From NCBI GenBank assembly GCA_964016885.1, contig OZ024746.1, positions 24,986,001-25,050,000 on the forward strand: a DNA stretch of 64,000 bases. Direction: 5' to 3'. Below the pieces are notes generated by a model. The model searched no databases, was not told the origin of the DNA, and was given only the letters and a program-made list of their open reading frames with translations. The stretch is from Eledone cirrhosa (taxonomy: Eukaryota). The position numbers and the translations under genes were made by a program. This document shows positions 11,981-25,877 of this stretch, piece after piece. Positions within the stretch are counted from its first letter, which is position 1. Every line of letters begins with the position of its first letter.

Positions 11981-12529
11981 TTTGTCTTCTGACCATAAAC
12001 CTCATTAAGTTCAGGTAATTTTTCTTAATGTTACCTAGGCAGACACCAATATTTGTTTCTTTCAAGTACTGTCCTGAACAATGACAGTGAAAATATTTAA
12101 ATACCATTTCAGACAGATGAAAATGTCATCAGAATCTCACCCCAATGGAATCTCTAGCTTAAAACAATGGAAGTGTCCACTTAAAATGACTTTCTGAAAT
12201 GTCACATCATCATTTTATGTTTGTTTTTCTATACCAGCAGAGGTTGAACAGGTCATCACAGTCCGAGACTACACTGGTTGTTAAATCCTGTTTTGTCCAT
12301 ACATTCTATATTTGGTTTTGGTTTTCTACAGCTGAATACCGTTCCTAAAGCCAACCACATTTCAGTGTGGAATAGGAGCCTTTTTGTCATGTCACCAGCA
12401 TGAGCACTTTACAGGGTGGACTGGGTGCTTTTTATTCTGACACCCACACTACCACCTAACAGGGTGGACTGAATGCTTTTTGTTGTGGCACCAGTATGAC
12501 TACCTTACAGAGTGATATTTCATGAAGTG

Positions 12530-12846
12530 TCCGCACTGTAAAGATATCATGTTGGTGACATGACAAAAAGCACCCAGTCCATACAGTAACATGGTCGTGT
12601 AGGTGTCATGACAAAAACCACAAAGCCCACACTGTAAAGTGGTTGTTTTGGTGTCATGATAAAAAGCACAGTCCACACTGTAAATGTGGTTGGCATTAGG
12701 AAGGGCATCCAGCCACATAAACCAAGCCAAAATCAGTTCTGAATGAGTCAGGCATGGTCATCTGATCTGGTTCGTCTCACAACAGGATAACTCGTCTAAC
12801 ATGCTAGTATGGACAAATGGATGTTAAACGGTGACAATGATGATGA
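12530..12846 (+). mobile_element. SINE/LINE 3'-tail repeat (ttggcattaggaagggcatccagc...gttaaacg-(GAT)n)
   Basis: Homologous to 3100-3326; further copies at ~17850-18040 (+), 34068-34315 (-), 44500-44840 (+) and 48878-49180 (-). Confidence 0.75.
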
Positions 12847-13879
12847 TATATATATATATCATCACCATTTAACATCTATTTTCCATGTTTGCATGGGTTA
12901 AATGGGCTGTCAAATTCTAAGACTAGACAGGTCAGATGACTGTCTCTCTTTCTTAAATTCCATTCTGGCATGGCCTCTACAGCCGGAAGCACATCCTAAT
13001 GCCAAGCACTTTATGCTGTTTACCAGGCTGAATGTATTCTATTATGGCACCACTACTAACCAAGATCTTGGACTGGGTACTCTTAATTGTGGACAAAGTG
13101 GACCAAGTACTCGGCCAGGTGAGGAAGGCACTGATGGGAGTGGAGAAGTTGATAGCATGGTGGAAGACAAGGTACTAAGGCAAGTGCGTAAGAAAGGGAA
13201 GTGACATGCAACGGAGTCGAGAGGACTCTACAGCTATGTGGAGGGCATGCCAATCTCTCTACATAATAAACACATCCAGTATATTCTGTAAAGTGGTTGG
13301 TGATAGGAAGGGTATCCAACCATAGAAAATCTGCCAAATAAAGGGTTGTGGGGACTCTTCAGTTGTGTCAACTTCATGATAACCTCTCTAGAGTTGGTGG
13401 TATATTTGTCTGGACGGTCAGTAGCTCTGATTAAATACTGATCTGGTTTGTGACAATGATAATAGTAACTTGATAATAGTAACCTGCTTCGGTTAAAATA
13501 AAAATTCATTAACCTTCATTGTCATATTTTTGCTTGTAATTTTCAAATAGTCAAGAATTTGGAGGGATTTAGTAAAATGACTTTCTTGTTATTAAGCTGG
13601 TGTTCGGAACATAACTTTTATAAAAGGTTCTTAAATAAAATTATGATGTAAGGTTTTTAGATGAATAGAAACATTAAAAATCTTTTGTTACCATAATGCT
13701 AATGATAGATACTGCTCATGGTTTTCAAATAATTTTGAAAACAATAAAAAATTTGGAGGGATTTAGTAATATAACTGACTTTGTCATTATTAAGTTGGTA
13801 TTTGGAAAATAATTTAACAAAGTCTTTTACCCAGAATTATGATGGAAGGTTTTTGATAAATCAATCAATCATGTTCCCA

Positions 13880-14050
13880 CAACTGTGCAGCCAGTTGTTG
13901 GGGTGCTGCTTTAGATGTGCCTCTGGTGCAGCTAGTTGTTAGGGTGTCATTCTAGACGTGCAACTGGTGCAGCCAGTTGTTGGGGTGCCACTGGTGCAGT
14001 CAGTTGTTGGGGTACTGCAGGTGCAACCAGTTGTTTGGGTGCCACTCTAG
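13880..14050. repeat. Minisatellite with core gtgcagccagttgttggggtg
   Basis: About five degenerate units of variable length. Confidence 0.8.
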
Positions 14051-14059
14051 ATGTTTTGT

Positions 14060-14345
14060 AGTTAGCCATTGCTTCTGGTCTCTATTCTCCATCATATTAG
14101 GAGGGTATCGGTGTTGTGACCAGTCCAGTCTTTGATGTTGTCGAACCAGGATTTTCTTTGTCTGCCTCTTCTTTGCCCTCCCTTGACTGTGCCCTGAAGG
14201 ATGGTTTTAGACAAGGAGTTGTGGCAGGATACAATGCCATACCATGCAAGCTTCTGTCTTTTCACCATCATAATGAGTGGTTCCTGTCAGCCATCATATT
14301 TGTTAAGTTGATGCCTGACAAATCTGTTTGTTTTGTGCTCTGTGT
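14060..14345 (-). mobile_element. RTE-type LINE C-terminal fragment
   Basis: Minus translation KRQKLAWYG...KTILQGTVKGGQRRGRQRKSWFDNIKDWTG. Confidence 0.75.
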
Positions 14346-15491
14346 ATTGTAGAACCAGAGCCAGTTTCATGAAGTTTGGAATCAAAAGGGTTAAAAAGCC
14401 ATCATGCATGAAATGAAGGAAAAAAAACACAAAATTCATTTTATAACTGTCCTTTTTTACATTTTTCTTCTTTTTTCTTTCTTTTTTTAAAATTTTATTT
14501 AATTTTATTTTATTTTTCCAAACTCAAATCAAGCTGTATTTTCGAAGCCAAGAAAAAGACAGGAAGAGAAGAGAGAATAACAGACAGACAGAGAAAAAAT
14601 TTCAAAGATATTGGCCTCAGATTCCTTCCAGAATAACATTTGTTTCAAATGGTGTTGAAATCAATTTTAACAATTTTTTTTTTCAAAACAATAAAAAAAA
14701 TATTGGTATGTTTTTGAAGCATTGAGAATATTTGAAAGTATGTTTGCTTTTTTGAACAGCTGCTGCAATGCAGATGAACTATAAATAATAATTGAATATT
14801 TTAACCAACTCACTTGACTATTTATAGTTCATCTGCATCATGGCAGCTTTAAAAAAAAGGCAAACATATAATAAAAGAAATAAGTAAAAGATACAGCACT
14901 GTTTAACAACAGAACAGAAAGTGCTTTCATCCTTTTGAGGATCAATAAAGGATTATAATGGTTGTTTTAAAAAAAAAAAAATGATATTTTAGCCGATTTC
15001 CAATAATGCTGATTTTTAAATATGAGCATTTAAATATATATAATGTGTTGTTTATTGATGGTTTTATTATTTACACTCTGATAGATTTACAATGATCAAT
15101 AGCAGAGTTGAAATTGGATGGAAATTTAAAAAAGAAAAGAACCCAATTATTTTAATAACAAAGGAGGAGACAATAAATAAAAAAACAATTTGATTTCATG
15201 TATATATATATGAAAACTGAGTAGGTTTTGGAAGCCACAACAATGCAAATGAGGCTGCAAATATTGAAGTAACAAGGCTGGATAAGGAAGGAGAAAGATG
15301 AAAATGACTAGTAAAAGAGAAGGAAAAGTGAGAGAATCTGGATGTTACCTTGGCAATATGCATTAGTCCTTATATATTTTGGATAAGATATTCATTTTAA
15401 AAGAAATTAAGGACCCTTTGAAAGTAGCATTAAACCTTGAGTTTACATCTACTCATTTTTCATATTCAACAATGCTTCAAACAGTAACGCT

Positions 15492-15534
<43 letters not shown>

Positions 15535-15775
15535 ACAAAGGTAGAATGAAATGTGGTGAAGAAGACCAGATCCAAATATGACAAGAAAAATTCAAAGGTT
15601 CAAGGTCAAGACACTGAAGAGGAATATTTCTACTTTTTTTTATAGTTGTAAGCTTAAATTTGATAGGGAAATTTACTTCTAACCATTCAACTATTTTCCA
15701 ACACTTCAATTCTCATAGACACACATACATATCTATCTATCGATCTAGCTATCTATATACATATACATCTATATA

Positions 15776-15845
15776 TGTCTGATGACCCTGTGAGAGGCAG
15801 GTAAAACTCCAGAGTAACAAAACTCACTATTTAGCCTTAATAAAT
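15776..15845 (+). ncRNA. Decayed type I hammerhead family (copies at 51795-51860 and 63004-63070)
   Basis: tgt-CTGATGA-c CCTG tgagagg CAGG t-aAAA-CTC ca GAG-TA-aca; G12 is mutated here but intact (GAAA) in the other two copies, which are instead mutated at C3. Confidence 0.55.
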
Positions 15846-18498
15846 GAATTGGTTCATTTTTTGAAATATGTGAAGTACGGAGGCAGCATGTTTGTTGGGA
15901 TGGGTGTAAATATATTTACAAACATATCCATGTATATATATATACACACACACATATGCATGTGAATGTATATATATATATAGAGAGAGACATGCAACAG
16001 AAGCTGAGTTGGTTTTTGTCATCAATGTTTATGTTTCAATCACCCCAATATTTCATTAATCTCATTAAAATGATAAAATAGATTCATTAGCCAGATATTT
16101 AGTAATCAAGAGATATCAATAGGCTATTAATTAGCCTATTTCTGTGTGTGGTAGTAGGGGAAAGAGGGAGAAGCGAGGGAGGAAGGCAAAGGATGTTCAA
16201 GTCCTTTCCATGTATTTTATTAAGTGAAGCCGAATTACAGCAACCGGGAGTCACCAAGGAGTGAGTGAACTTAATATGTTCATTACACAATGCTCACGCT
16301 CATACTTTACGTGAGTGATCCCATAATATAAAAAATAAAAATAAAAATAAAAATGCAATCATCACAAAATAAGCTTTACTGTTTACTGTGCGTATATTTA
16401 TGAATGAATGGATGGGATTAGGGGATACACTATATAAACGTGCTAATATACATGTAAATTGTAGTTTATACATATATATATATATAATCATCATATACAT
16501 GATTCAGTGCGTATGTATGAGTATATATATAAATATACACACACACATATATATAGCATGGAAAATAGACGTTAAACGACGATGATATATATAAATATAA
16601 ATATATATATATATTCATATATACGAAGAACACCTTTTCTTTTAGACAAGTATTATTAAAAACACAACTATGTTCAAGATTTAATATTTTTTATAGGTGT
16701 TTTTTTCTAATTTTCTTGAGTCTCATTTGGAACAACACATTTCCTAAATCCATAATTTAATAACTGTTTCTAGACTTTGACAGTTTCATCTTCGGGCTTA
16801 TTTACTGTCTATCTGTTTCATTGTAGGCAGATGTAATTTATGAAATCGTCATCACCAGAATTTGTGTTGGCTTTATGATATATTATATATTTGCAGAGAT
16901 TACAGTGGGAGTAGTTTTATTGAACATAAACTACTGAGGTCATAAACAAGCCTCTGTATATATAACTGTTGATATCTTAATCCCCCTCAAAAAGTTTGTG
17001 GGCTAACAACTACATGTTTAATCTTTACTTTCATCACAACTCTCCATAAATAATTAATGTGCGTTTTTGTTTCTCCAGCTGTTAATATCAAACCTGCCCA
17101 GAAAAACAAACAATATCACTGGCTTTGGTGGGATTTTCTCTACCAAAACCACCAAAATAAGCATAGAAATTGAATTGTATAGCAAATATTATTTTCTTAC
17201 GGTATTGAATTATATTTTTTTAATGTCTTTATAGTCTCCTCACATTCCAGTGTTGTCAACAGTACCTGCTGGTATGGGTTGTATGGTTATACAAATTCAT
17301 TTAAAATTGTATTTATTAATGTCAACCCTTTGACTGAAGAGATAATAGCAGTTACGTTTTTAACATGAAAGATGACAACATTTATTAAGGACATAATGTA
17401 CTGTGTCTATGTTTGAACTTGTGATCTCTCTATATATATGTACAGAAAGAGATCAGTAATCCAATGGTTTATATTTCACTAGCCAACACACTATAAAATC
17501 TATATAGTAGATAAAATACATAAAGGTGTATATGGTTATGATTCATATACCGAGCAGCAACAATTATATAGCTGGTAATGAGAATGGCAACACAGAAGCA
17601 ACATTTCTGGACTTCAGTGTTTAAATAGGGTGAGCCTCACATGGCAGTTTATCCTTCTGGAGCAGGATGGTAATAAAATATGTACCAGTAGTATACTGAA
17701 ATTAACAAGTAGTAAAAACCCCCAAAATAACTTGAAATCATGTCTGGAGCCAGGTTTTTGAACTTTCTTTTTTAATTTGATCCAGGGGGATTCATAGCTG
17801 TTTTCAAAATATCTATTTTTTTAAAATATGTGTTGTAGCACTGATGCCACAATACAATGCACCCAGTATGCTCTGTAAAGTGGTTGGCATTAGGAACGGC
17901 TTCGAGCTGCAGAAACCATGCTAAATACAGAACACATGAGTAAGACATGGTCACCCCAACCAGTCAAGTTTAGGACCACGACAAATAATCCATCCAACCC
18001 ATGCAAGCATGAAAAGTGAACATAAAATGATGATGATGTATAAAGAAAAACAATGAAAAGGACACAAGCAAGTTCAGGCTGATGTAGAGGGTTCCATGTT
18101 GACAACCCATAATTTATTACAGTATTTTTTAACCAACATTACCCACACTACACATGCATATCCAAGATGAAGGGAAGAAAATGATTAGGTTTTTTGTAGC
18201 TACTCAAAGGAGCAGCATTTGTTTAAAGATATTGAAGAAAAACAACAACAAAATATTCCCCAAAGATATCTGAGCTCACACCTGGGCCTTCTTTCTTGAT
18301 TTCTATTTGGAAGGACAATAGTTCAAATATATACAAATGTGCATGTATACATACCCACACTAACACACACATGTGTGTGTGTGTGTGTGTGTGTTGAAAC
18401 AATGTATGCTTTAAGCCTGAATGGCCCAGGGATTTGTATCATACAAATCACATGGTGAAACTTTAAGTAGCATAAGCAATATGCTTATTTTACTGTAC

Positions 18499-18532
<34 letters not shown>

Positions 18533-18771
18533 AGTCACATGATTATATATATATATATATATATTGTTATGCTCCTACTCGTCACTTCAATAGATGTGAT
18601 TGAATTTTTTGATCACAGTTAGCAATATTGTTGACAACTCACAAGCCACAATGGCTAAAAGAAATTAAAATAATATCAATAATAATAATAATAATAATGC
18701 ATCATTCAAGATAAGCATAAAGCAAAAAAAAACCAAAAAAACATTTCTTTGAACAATGCACACACACACAT

Positions 18772-18813
<42 letters not shown>

Positions 18814-21236
18814 TGAATTTAATAAGTGCATTATCAAAACTTTAACAACTTTCCTGGTTACAAATTGTGTGTTATTGTTTTGTGTGAATGTATATGTGTG
18901 TGTCTGTGTGTGTGTATGAATATATGTTAAATTTACTTGTACTAAGATGAGACAGAAAAAAATAATGAAGTTTTAAAAAATATAACAAAATCATGCAAAA
19001 TACTTCCAATGAAAGTAATCTCATCATTATTAATAACAAGATTGCAATTGTCACATGACCCGAGAGATTTGTTCACAAACAAAACTAGACCACCTCAACA
19101 AAGGAGAATAAAAAAAATGATTTTCATCATACATGAAAAAATAATTTTAAAGATTGATTTCTTACTTTTCTCATTTCATCTGATAATATACATCTATGGT
19201 GGTGGTCCAGAATGGCCACAGCCTATGGGCTGGAACAGTTGAAAGAGCATATTTGGAACAGTTTCTTGTTGCTCATGTTAAAAAAAAAACAACAGATGGG
19301 GGCAAATATTTTAACCCTCTTGTGACTATTTCTAGTGAAATACACTCGATTTCAATTAAGAATTTTGAGGGATTTACTAAAATTATTTCATTACTAAGTA
19401 ACTTAACATATGGTCCTTATATGAATTTATGTTAGATTTTAATTTAAATAGGAACCCTTTAAAATTGGTGGCTTTGTTTCATAGAACCAGAGTTGGTGTT
19501 GGGTTCAGGTAATGCCTGTTATAACTTTTAAAAATGTAAATCTTTCTGGCAATGACTAGAAGAGTTGACACAAGGAAGAGCATTTGGCTGTATAACATTG
19601 TCTCTAAGATGGGTATGAAGTCTGCCATGGGGACCACAAGGCTAACCCCTGCTTTAGCAATGAAAATGGCCTTAAAACACTTGTTGGTTAGCCAGAATCT
19701 CTGAAACATGAAAATGAGGAAAGAAGCCAGAAACCTGACCCAAATGTTTGAAACAGAGTGGACATCACAAAAAGCACCCAAGAGTCAGATATGGTGTTAA
19801 GTCAAGCAATATTTGAACAGAGAATGCAAAAAGTTAAAATAAATAATGAAGAGTAGACTGTAAATAAATCTAAGAGAAAATGAAGTTAGGTTATAAATTT
19901 TGTCTGGATTTGAGATAAAGAATTATTGCTATAAACTAATTAATTTGGACTAGTGTACTTATATTGGTTGTTATAGTCACATTTCAGCCATTCTGCCCTC
20001 TGGTGAACATGACAACACTGCGTGGAATAAATCAATTTATAATTAGGTTATCATTGTTAAAAGATAAGTTTATTTGACCTTCATGAAGTGGATTAGTTGT
20101 TGGCCACTAGATCGAAGAGTTGGGAATATCGATCTTATTACTGGCCTTTGGCTGATCATTGGTCTCAGGGATAAGGTGCTTAACATTCTCTCTTTCTCAC
20201 TGTCCATCTTTTCTCTTAGTTGACGTCAGAGGAGGTAAGAACAGAGAGAAAAGAACTCAGATGTTTAATTCTAATCTGATCTAAATCTACAAAAAGCTAT
20301 AAAGTAGTTTGGTCAGAATGCAGTGCCAACATCAAATCTATTTATGTGAGATTATAAAAGAATCTTTAAACGTATTTTTTACCAAAACAGAAAAACAAAA
20401 GTAAGTTTTCAATTTATGATCGCAGTTTGAGCAAAACAAATGGATTAAATTAATGTTGATGATAGTGATGCCAATAACAACAATAATAATTTCTAACATA
20501 GGCAACCAGTGGAACTGACTCCAGTATTTGACTACTATTGTATTTGATCAACCCTGGAAGGATAAAAGGCTAAGTTGACCTTGGTGGAATTCAAACACAA
20601 AATATTGAAAAACATTGGAAAAATACTGGACAGCATTTTGTCTGATGATCCAATGATTCCACCAAACCACCACCCTTAACAATAACTACTATATAAACAA
20701 TATCACTAAAACCCAGTTTTAATTAACCCATTCCCAATATTTATTTTAAAAGATTATTTTTCCCTCTATGTTTTACCAATGCTATCATAGAATCTAGAAA
20801 GACACATTCATTATTTTCATAATCAACCCTCAATATATTTATTTATGACAAACTTGACCCACAATCATGTGCACCCCTCACATTACCATCAATGTGCACC
20901 CATCCCATTTTCTGTCTTGAATCATTCATTGTCTTTCCATTCTTTTCATACTACATTACACATTAAAAACATCTACCTATCAATCTATTTATCTCTCACT
21001 CTATATATATTTTTTTTTATTTAGCTGTGGACAATGACCAATGGGTGAAGAAATGCCAGGAAATCCCAGTGGGGGGAAGCTGCAACAGAGGATGACCAAG
21101 AAAGACCTGGGCAGAGGTTGTGACAGCGGACCTCAAATTGCTAAGACTGGCAGAGGAGATGACGAAGGAATGCAACAAGTGGAGAGTTGTTGTACTGAGT
21201 AGTACCCGCCCAACCCATGCAAGCATGGAAAAGCAG

Positions 21237-21276
<40 letters not shown>

Positions 21277-22224
21277 AGAGAGAGTTCTAGGAGAAATATA
21301 TAATTCTAAGTGACCCATATGGATGGCAAAAGCTGGAGATGAAATGGCTTTAGTGTGATTTTCAGTTCAAAAATCATCCAGGATAATATTTAATACTTAA
21401 TGATTAAATTGGCTATGCTTTTCTAAGACATAATTTTATGATGTTTAATTTTTGTCAAACAATTAGTGTCATGTGTGTAGTAATTTGTCTAATCAAAAGT
21501 AACATCATTGAAAATCCCTTCCATAATGTCCGGAGATATCTCATTAAAACTCCTTGTGATGCCTGTTGATTAATTTCTGGATTGTCCAATGAGGATAACC
21601 AAAATATATTTTCAATAGAGTTTTATCAAGGAGTACACTTGGAATTTTGACATAAACAAAATAGTTTGTCCCTGACCCCCTCCTCACCATTTCTTTTTAA
21701 CCATCATATGGAAAGAAATATAAGAAAGAATAGTTTGAAACATGAAAGATTTGGGGATAATTACTGGTACAAGCTTCCACTGACTGAGATATTTGAAATT
21801 TCTAAGGCATCAATGATAAAAAGATACTCAGTGATTAGATTTACAACTTTTGATTTTAAAAAAATCTGGAAAACCAATTCTAAATCTGAGAGTGATTGTT
21901 GACTGAAGACATCAATTGCATTGATTTTTTGGAAGACACTGACAAGAATGGTTTTCGAAAATTCCCAAAGAAAGAAAACAAAAGATTGTCTTATAAATTA
22001 AGGGCTTATATTTAATGTTAGCTGAAAATTTCTCAGTATACACCCTCCCTTTGATCGTTGCCTTAACTATGGCAAAGTATGAGCGAAATATTTCAAAAAA
22101 ATTATGAGCAGTGTTCCAGATTATGGTGAGGCTGAATGCACCAAAACATACCTGCCATGTTATATCAATATTGAAAAAACGGAACCATCATCAATGTGTC
22201 TGATGTTTACATAATTATAAAGGG

Positions 22225-22288
<64 letters not shown>

Positions 22289-23148
22289 TGAGATAGAGAG
22301 GGAGAGAGAGAGTATTATCTAGGACTTATGAAGGTTTTAAAGCTCTCCACTAACCAAACATGATTTGGGAGGATCCATAAATTAAATATTAAAGACTAGG
22401 TTTCCTAAAGTGTTGTCATTCTAGCAAAGATATGAAAAATATTTAGAACTGGAAACGCAGATTCTGACATTAGCCTCATGAGATAATCGAGTCACATGTT
22501 CATTATATTCACTAAACTATATTAGCTAATGAGCAGTAAGAAAATAAAAATTAATTAAACACATATACAAGAAAGCTCCTGACCTGCCTGAGCACTTGGT
22601 AAAATGTGGGAATGCAAATAAGCAAGATGGAGGATCTTGGCCCATCTGTAAGGTCAGTAGCTCTGAGTACTAACTAGGTCTGACAATCTGTCCAACCCGT
22701 GCTAGCAGGGAAAACAGACGTTAAATGATGACATACATACATAGATATATATATATATACACAAACACACAGAATTTTAGAGAAAGCTGATGATTCACTT
22801 TGTTGCTACTCAGAGTTTTTCACTATATGTGATTGTTCACATAAAACATGAATCTTTAGTCACCTGAATAGATAAATTCTACTTCATTTGTGTCTTCAAA
22901 TACATCACATAATACAAACATATATTGACAGGTCAGTCACATAATTTTCTGGTTGACCATGCAGGTCAACTTGCAATTTTGGAAGAGAATGGCTCATAGT
23001 TATAAAATTATAGTAAAACAAAAAATTACTATTTTGACATGTGTCTGTGTATTGTATAAGTGTACATATTTAATGTATATCAATATTCTAATTATCTTCT
23101 ATTCTATTAAGTTAGTGGTATGTACAAAGTACCATTAATTTCTAAATA

Positions 23149-23332
23149 GGGCGGTGGATTGGCAGTATCGGTAGAGGGTCGGACGCCATGCTTTCCAGCA
23201 TAGTTACGTCCCTTTACGATCCGAGTTCAAATCCTGCCGAGGTTGACTTTGCCTTTCATCCTTACGGGGTCGATAAAATAAAGTACCAGTAATGCACTGG
23301 ATAATTGCTGGCCTTGTGCCTAAAGTAGAAAC
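23149..23332 (+). mobile_element. Full-length SINE (family B) with an 11-bp TSD
   Basis: A-box-like TGGCAGTATCGG, B box GAGTTCAAATCC; TSD aatttctaaat at 23137-23147 and 23333-23343. Confidence 0.88.
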
Positions 23333-23651
23333 AATTTCTAAATTTTACATCATCTTTTTATTGTATTTTACAAAATGAACGTAAAAGCTGTTATTTTGAA
23401 AAGATGAACTTTATATATATATTAATATATATATATATATATGAGTATGTGTGTGTATGTATATGTCTTTTATGTATATCTAGAGGTACAATTCAGTAGC
23501 TAGAGCTTAGTTTGGATTCAAGTAGCTTTATTTCAAAGTCGATGTGATTGAGTTTGTGAACAAATTTCTGATGTATTTGCTGGTCCTGTTATTGTTTTTT
23601 TAATCCCGATAATCTTATATGATAAAAAAAAAAGAAAGAAAAAACTAGCGA

Positions 23652-23691
<40 letters not shown>

Positions 23692-24687
23692 ATGCCAATT
23701 TAGAATTCCCAAAAGTCAAGATAGCTCACACTTCTTATTTTAAGTGTCATCTTCACTTTTCTGACACAAAAAAAGCCGTAGATAAAAAGGGAAAAATGTA
23801 TTTACTCTACATATGAAATGTAAGGAAATTAAGAGATGTTACTAACAAAAATTTAGCACCAAGTTAATCCAAAGACCGAATCTTTAGTAAACATGAGAAT
23901 GCTATTACAAATAAAAAAATAAGGAACAATGAAACAAGCATTTTTATTATAATGATAGCAAGCAATCCCATTCTTTTCACTTCTAAAGCTAATAATCCAT
24001 TAGATTATTATTTGTTTTCAACAAGTTTTATGTACACTAAATTCATATTTATTTTTACAGTGAAATTTTTGTCCCCTTTTATTTTCAAATTGAATAATAC
24101 CAAATATAGGGGGGAGGGAGGAAGGGGAAACATTTCACAAACATTTACCATTAGCCCAAAACTTATTAAAATCCATAAGATAGCAATATTATATATATAA
24201 ACATACACACACATGTACATACATGCATACATACATATTATATATATATTATATATATATATATAGTTGTGTCAGAGCCAAGCTTAGAAGTATATTGAAA
24301 TTTTTTTTTCAATTCTAATTGAGGAGAAGAAAAAAATAAAAGAAAGAAAGAAAAGAAAACAAGGCCTCTTGGACTAAATTCTTCAACTGATGAGTTATAG
24401 AATTAACCTTCCATCATTGTCACTGATTAGCTGTTTTATTTTGTTTAATTCTCTTTCTCCAGCACCAAACAAACTGTCCACAAAGATATGGTCAGGTCCG
24501 ACAAACATATAGTCAAATTTTTCACACACACGATCTTGGTTTCATTGTCAAAAGTCTGTAGGGAAGCTTAATAAATGTGACTCATTGTTTAAATCCACCT
24601 TTTCCTCCCTGCCTATCATATTGATCTCCTTAGTGAATTTCAGGCCACAGTTGACCCATATGCCGAATCCCATCTCAACATGCAAGG

Positions 24688-24906
24688 CTATGTTCCAATG
24701 GCTTCACCGTATTTTATTCTCTGTCCAGGTTCTACATTGAATTCAAAATCCTTTGGTGCTTCAAAAATAAGAACAATCGTAGAACCTAGGTTGAATTCTC
24801 CAAAAAGGTCGCCCTTTCCAACTTGAATTCCAGGGTTTTGTTCATTTGGTAAATACTTGTCAGTATTATTGCCATCTGGTTTCTTCCATGTGTTAGTGGC
24901 AAGTTC
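24688..24906 (-). CDS. PISD: PISD terminal coding exon (ELATN...GEFNLGSTIVLIFEAP...GEAIGT*)
   Basis: Acceptor ttacag|GAA; 219 nt ending in TAG; LGST autocleavage/pyruvoyl motif at 24789-24778, predicting a 31-aa alpha chain. Confidence 0.97.
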   Translation of the reverse strand, partial: ELATNTWKKPDGNNTDKYLPNEQNPGIQVGKGDLFGEFNLGSTIVLIFEAPKDFEFNVEPGQRIKYGEAIGT

Positions 24907-25188
24907 CTGTAATAGGGAAAACAGACAGTTATCAATACATAACATTTTTGGAGGTTGGATGTTACAATAATTAAGCAGTCGCATACCAACAGTTGTATAA
25001 CATTTGTATACCAGAATGGACATGTTTTAGATAAATATAAACACTTGAAATTAACAGTTTTATATCCTAGAACCAGGGACTGTCAAGTGGTTTGTTATCA
25101 AAAGGGTTGAGAATCTGACTAAAGCCTCACATAATGCTATACAACAGTGAAACTACAGAGACATTATATTGAAATATGTCAAACTTAC

Positions 25189-25349
25189 ATGATCATTGTA
25201 AATCCGGATGGAACCAACATTGGTAGCCCCGACAGCGGTCATCGAAAAAAATCCATGTTTCCAGAGTCCAACATACATGGCACGTTCGTTAAGGTTGAAC
25301 AGTCCTTTGATCCACCGTGCCATACCTGGGTGGACACTCAATAATTCAC
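25189..25349 (-). CDS. PISD: PISD coding exon ([23 protein letters not shown]...[16 protein letters not shown])
   Basis: Acceptor tttcag|GT and donor CAT|gtaagt; 161 nt, phase 1/0; conserved NER and VGATNVGSI motifs. Confidence 0.96.
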
Positions 25350-25877
25350 CTGAAAATGAAAACAAAATAATACAATAACAACAACAATCATTTAAAGGCT
25401 TTTTTCCCTTTGCTAATGCAAGGGTTAGCTTTGTGATTCCCATGGGAGGGGTCCTTTTTAAAGTAATGTTTTATAGTCTGTTGTCTTTCTTGGGGGGGGG
25501 GGGGGCCCTTTCAGTCACATTTTACAAAATTTGGTACACCAGATACAGTATGAAAACAAAATAATATAATTTTAAAATAAATATCCATAAATACAAATGA
25601 TATTGGAAAGAGAATGTTTTATGTATACTGTCCTGGAGTATTTTTGTGTGAATTGTTCAGCTGTGCTATAGACATGACAACTTCCCTAGTGCTGGTGATA
25701 GGAAGGGGATCCAGCCATAGAAAACCATGCAATGACAGGTGAAAAGGTGTACACACAGACACACACAAAACCATGGAATGACAGGTGGAAAGATGAACAT
25801 ATGCACACATTCTCCAATCTCCCACCGCACACACACACACACACACACACAGAAAATTGAAATTCATTTGAACCTAC

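Noticed and set aside
16760-16800. Hammerhead-like CCGAAGA...GAAAC on the minus strand
   Set aside because: Stem II cannot be formed convincingly; other isolated CTGANGA hits (21903, 22787, 24387) also lack stems or GAAA.
23652-23689. Poly(A) tract as a retrogene tail
   Set aside because: No adjacent processed sequence or TSD; a simple mononucleotide run.
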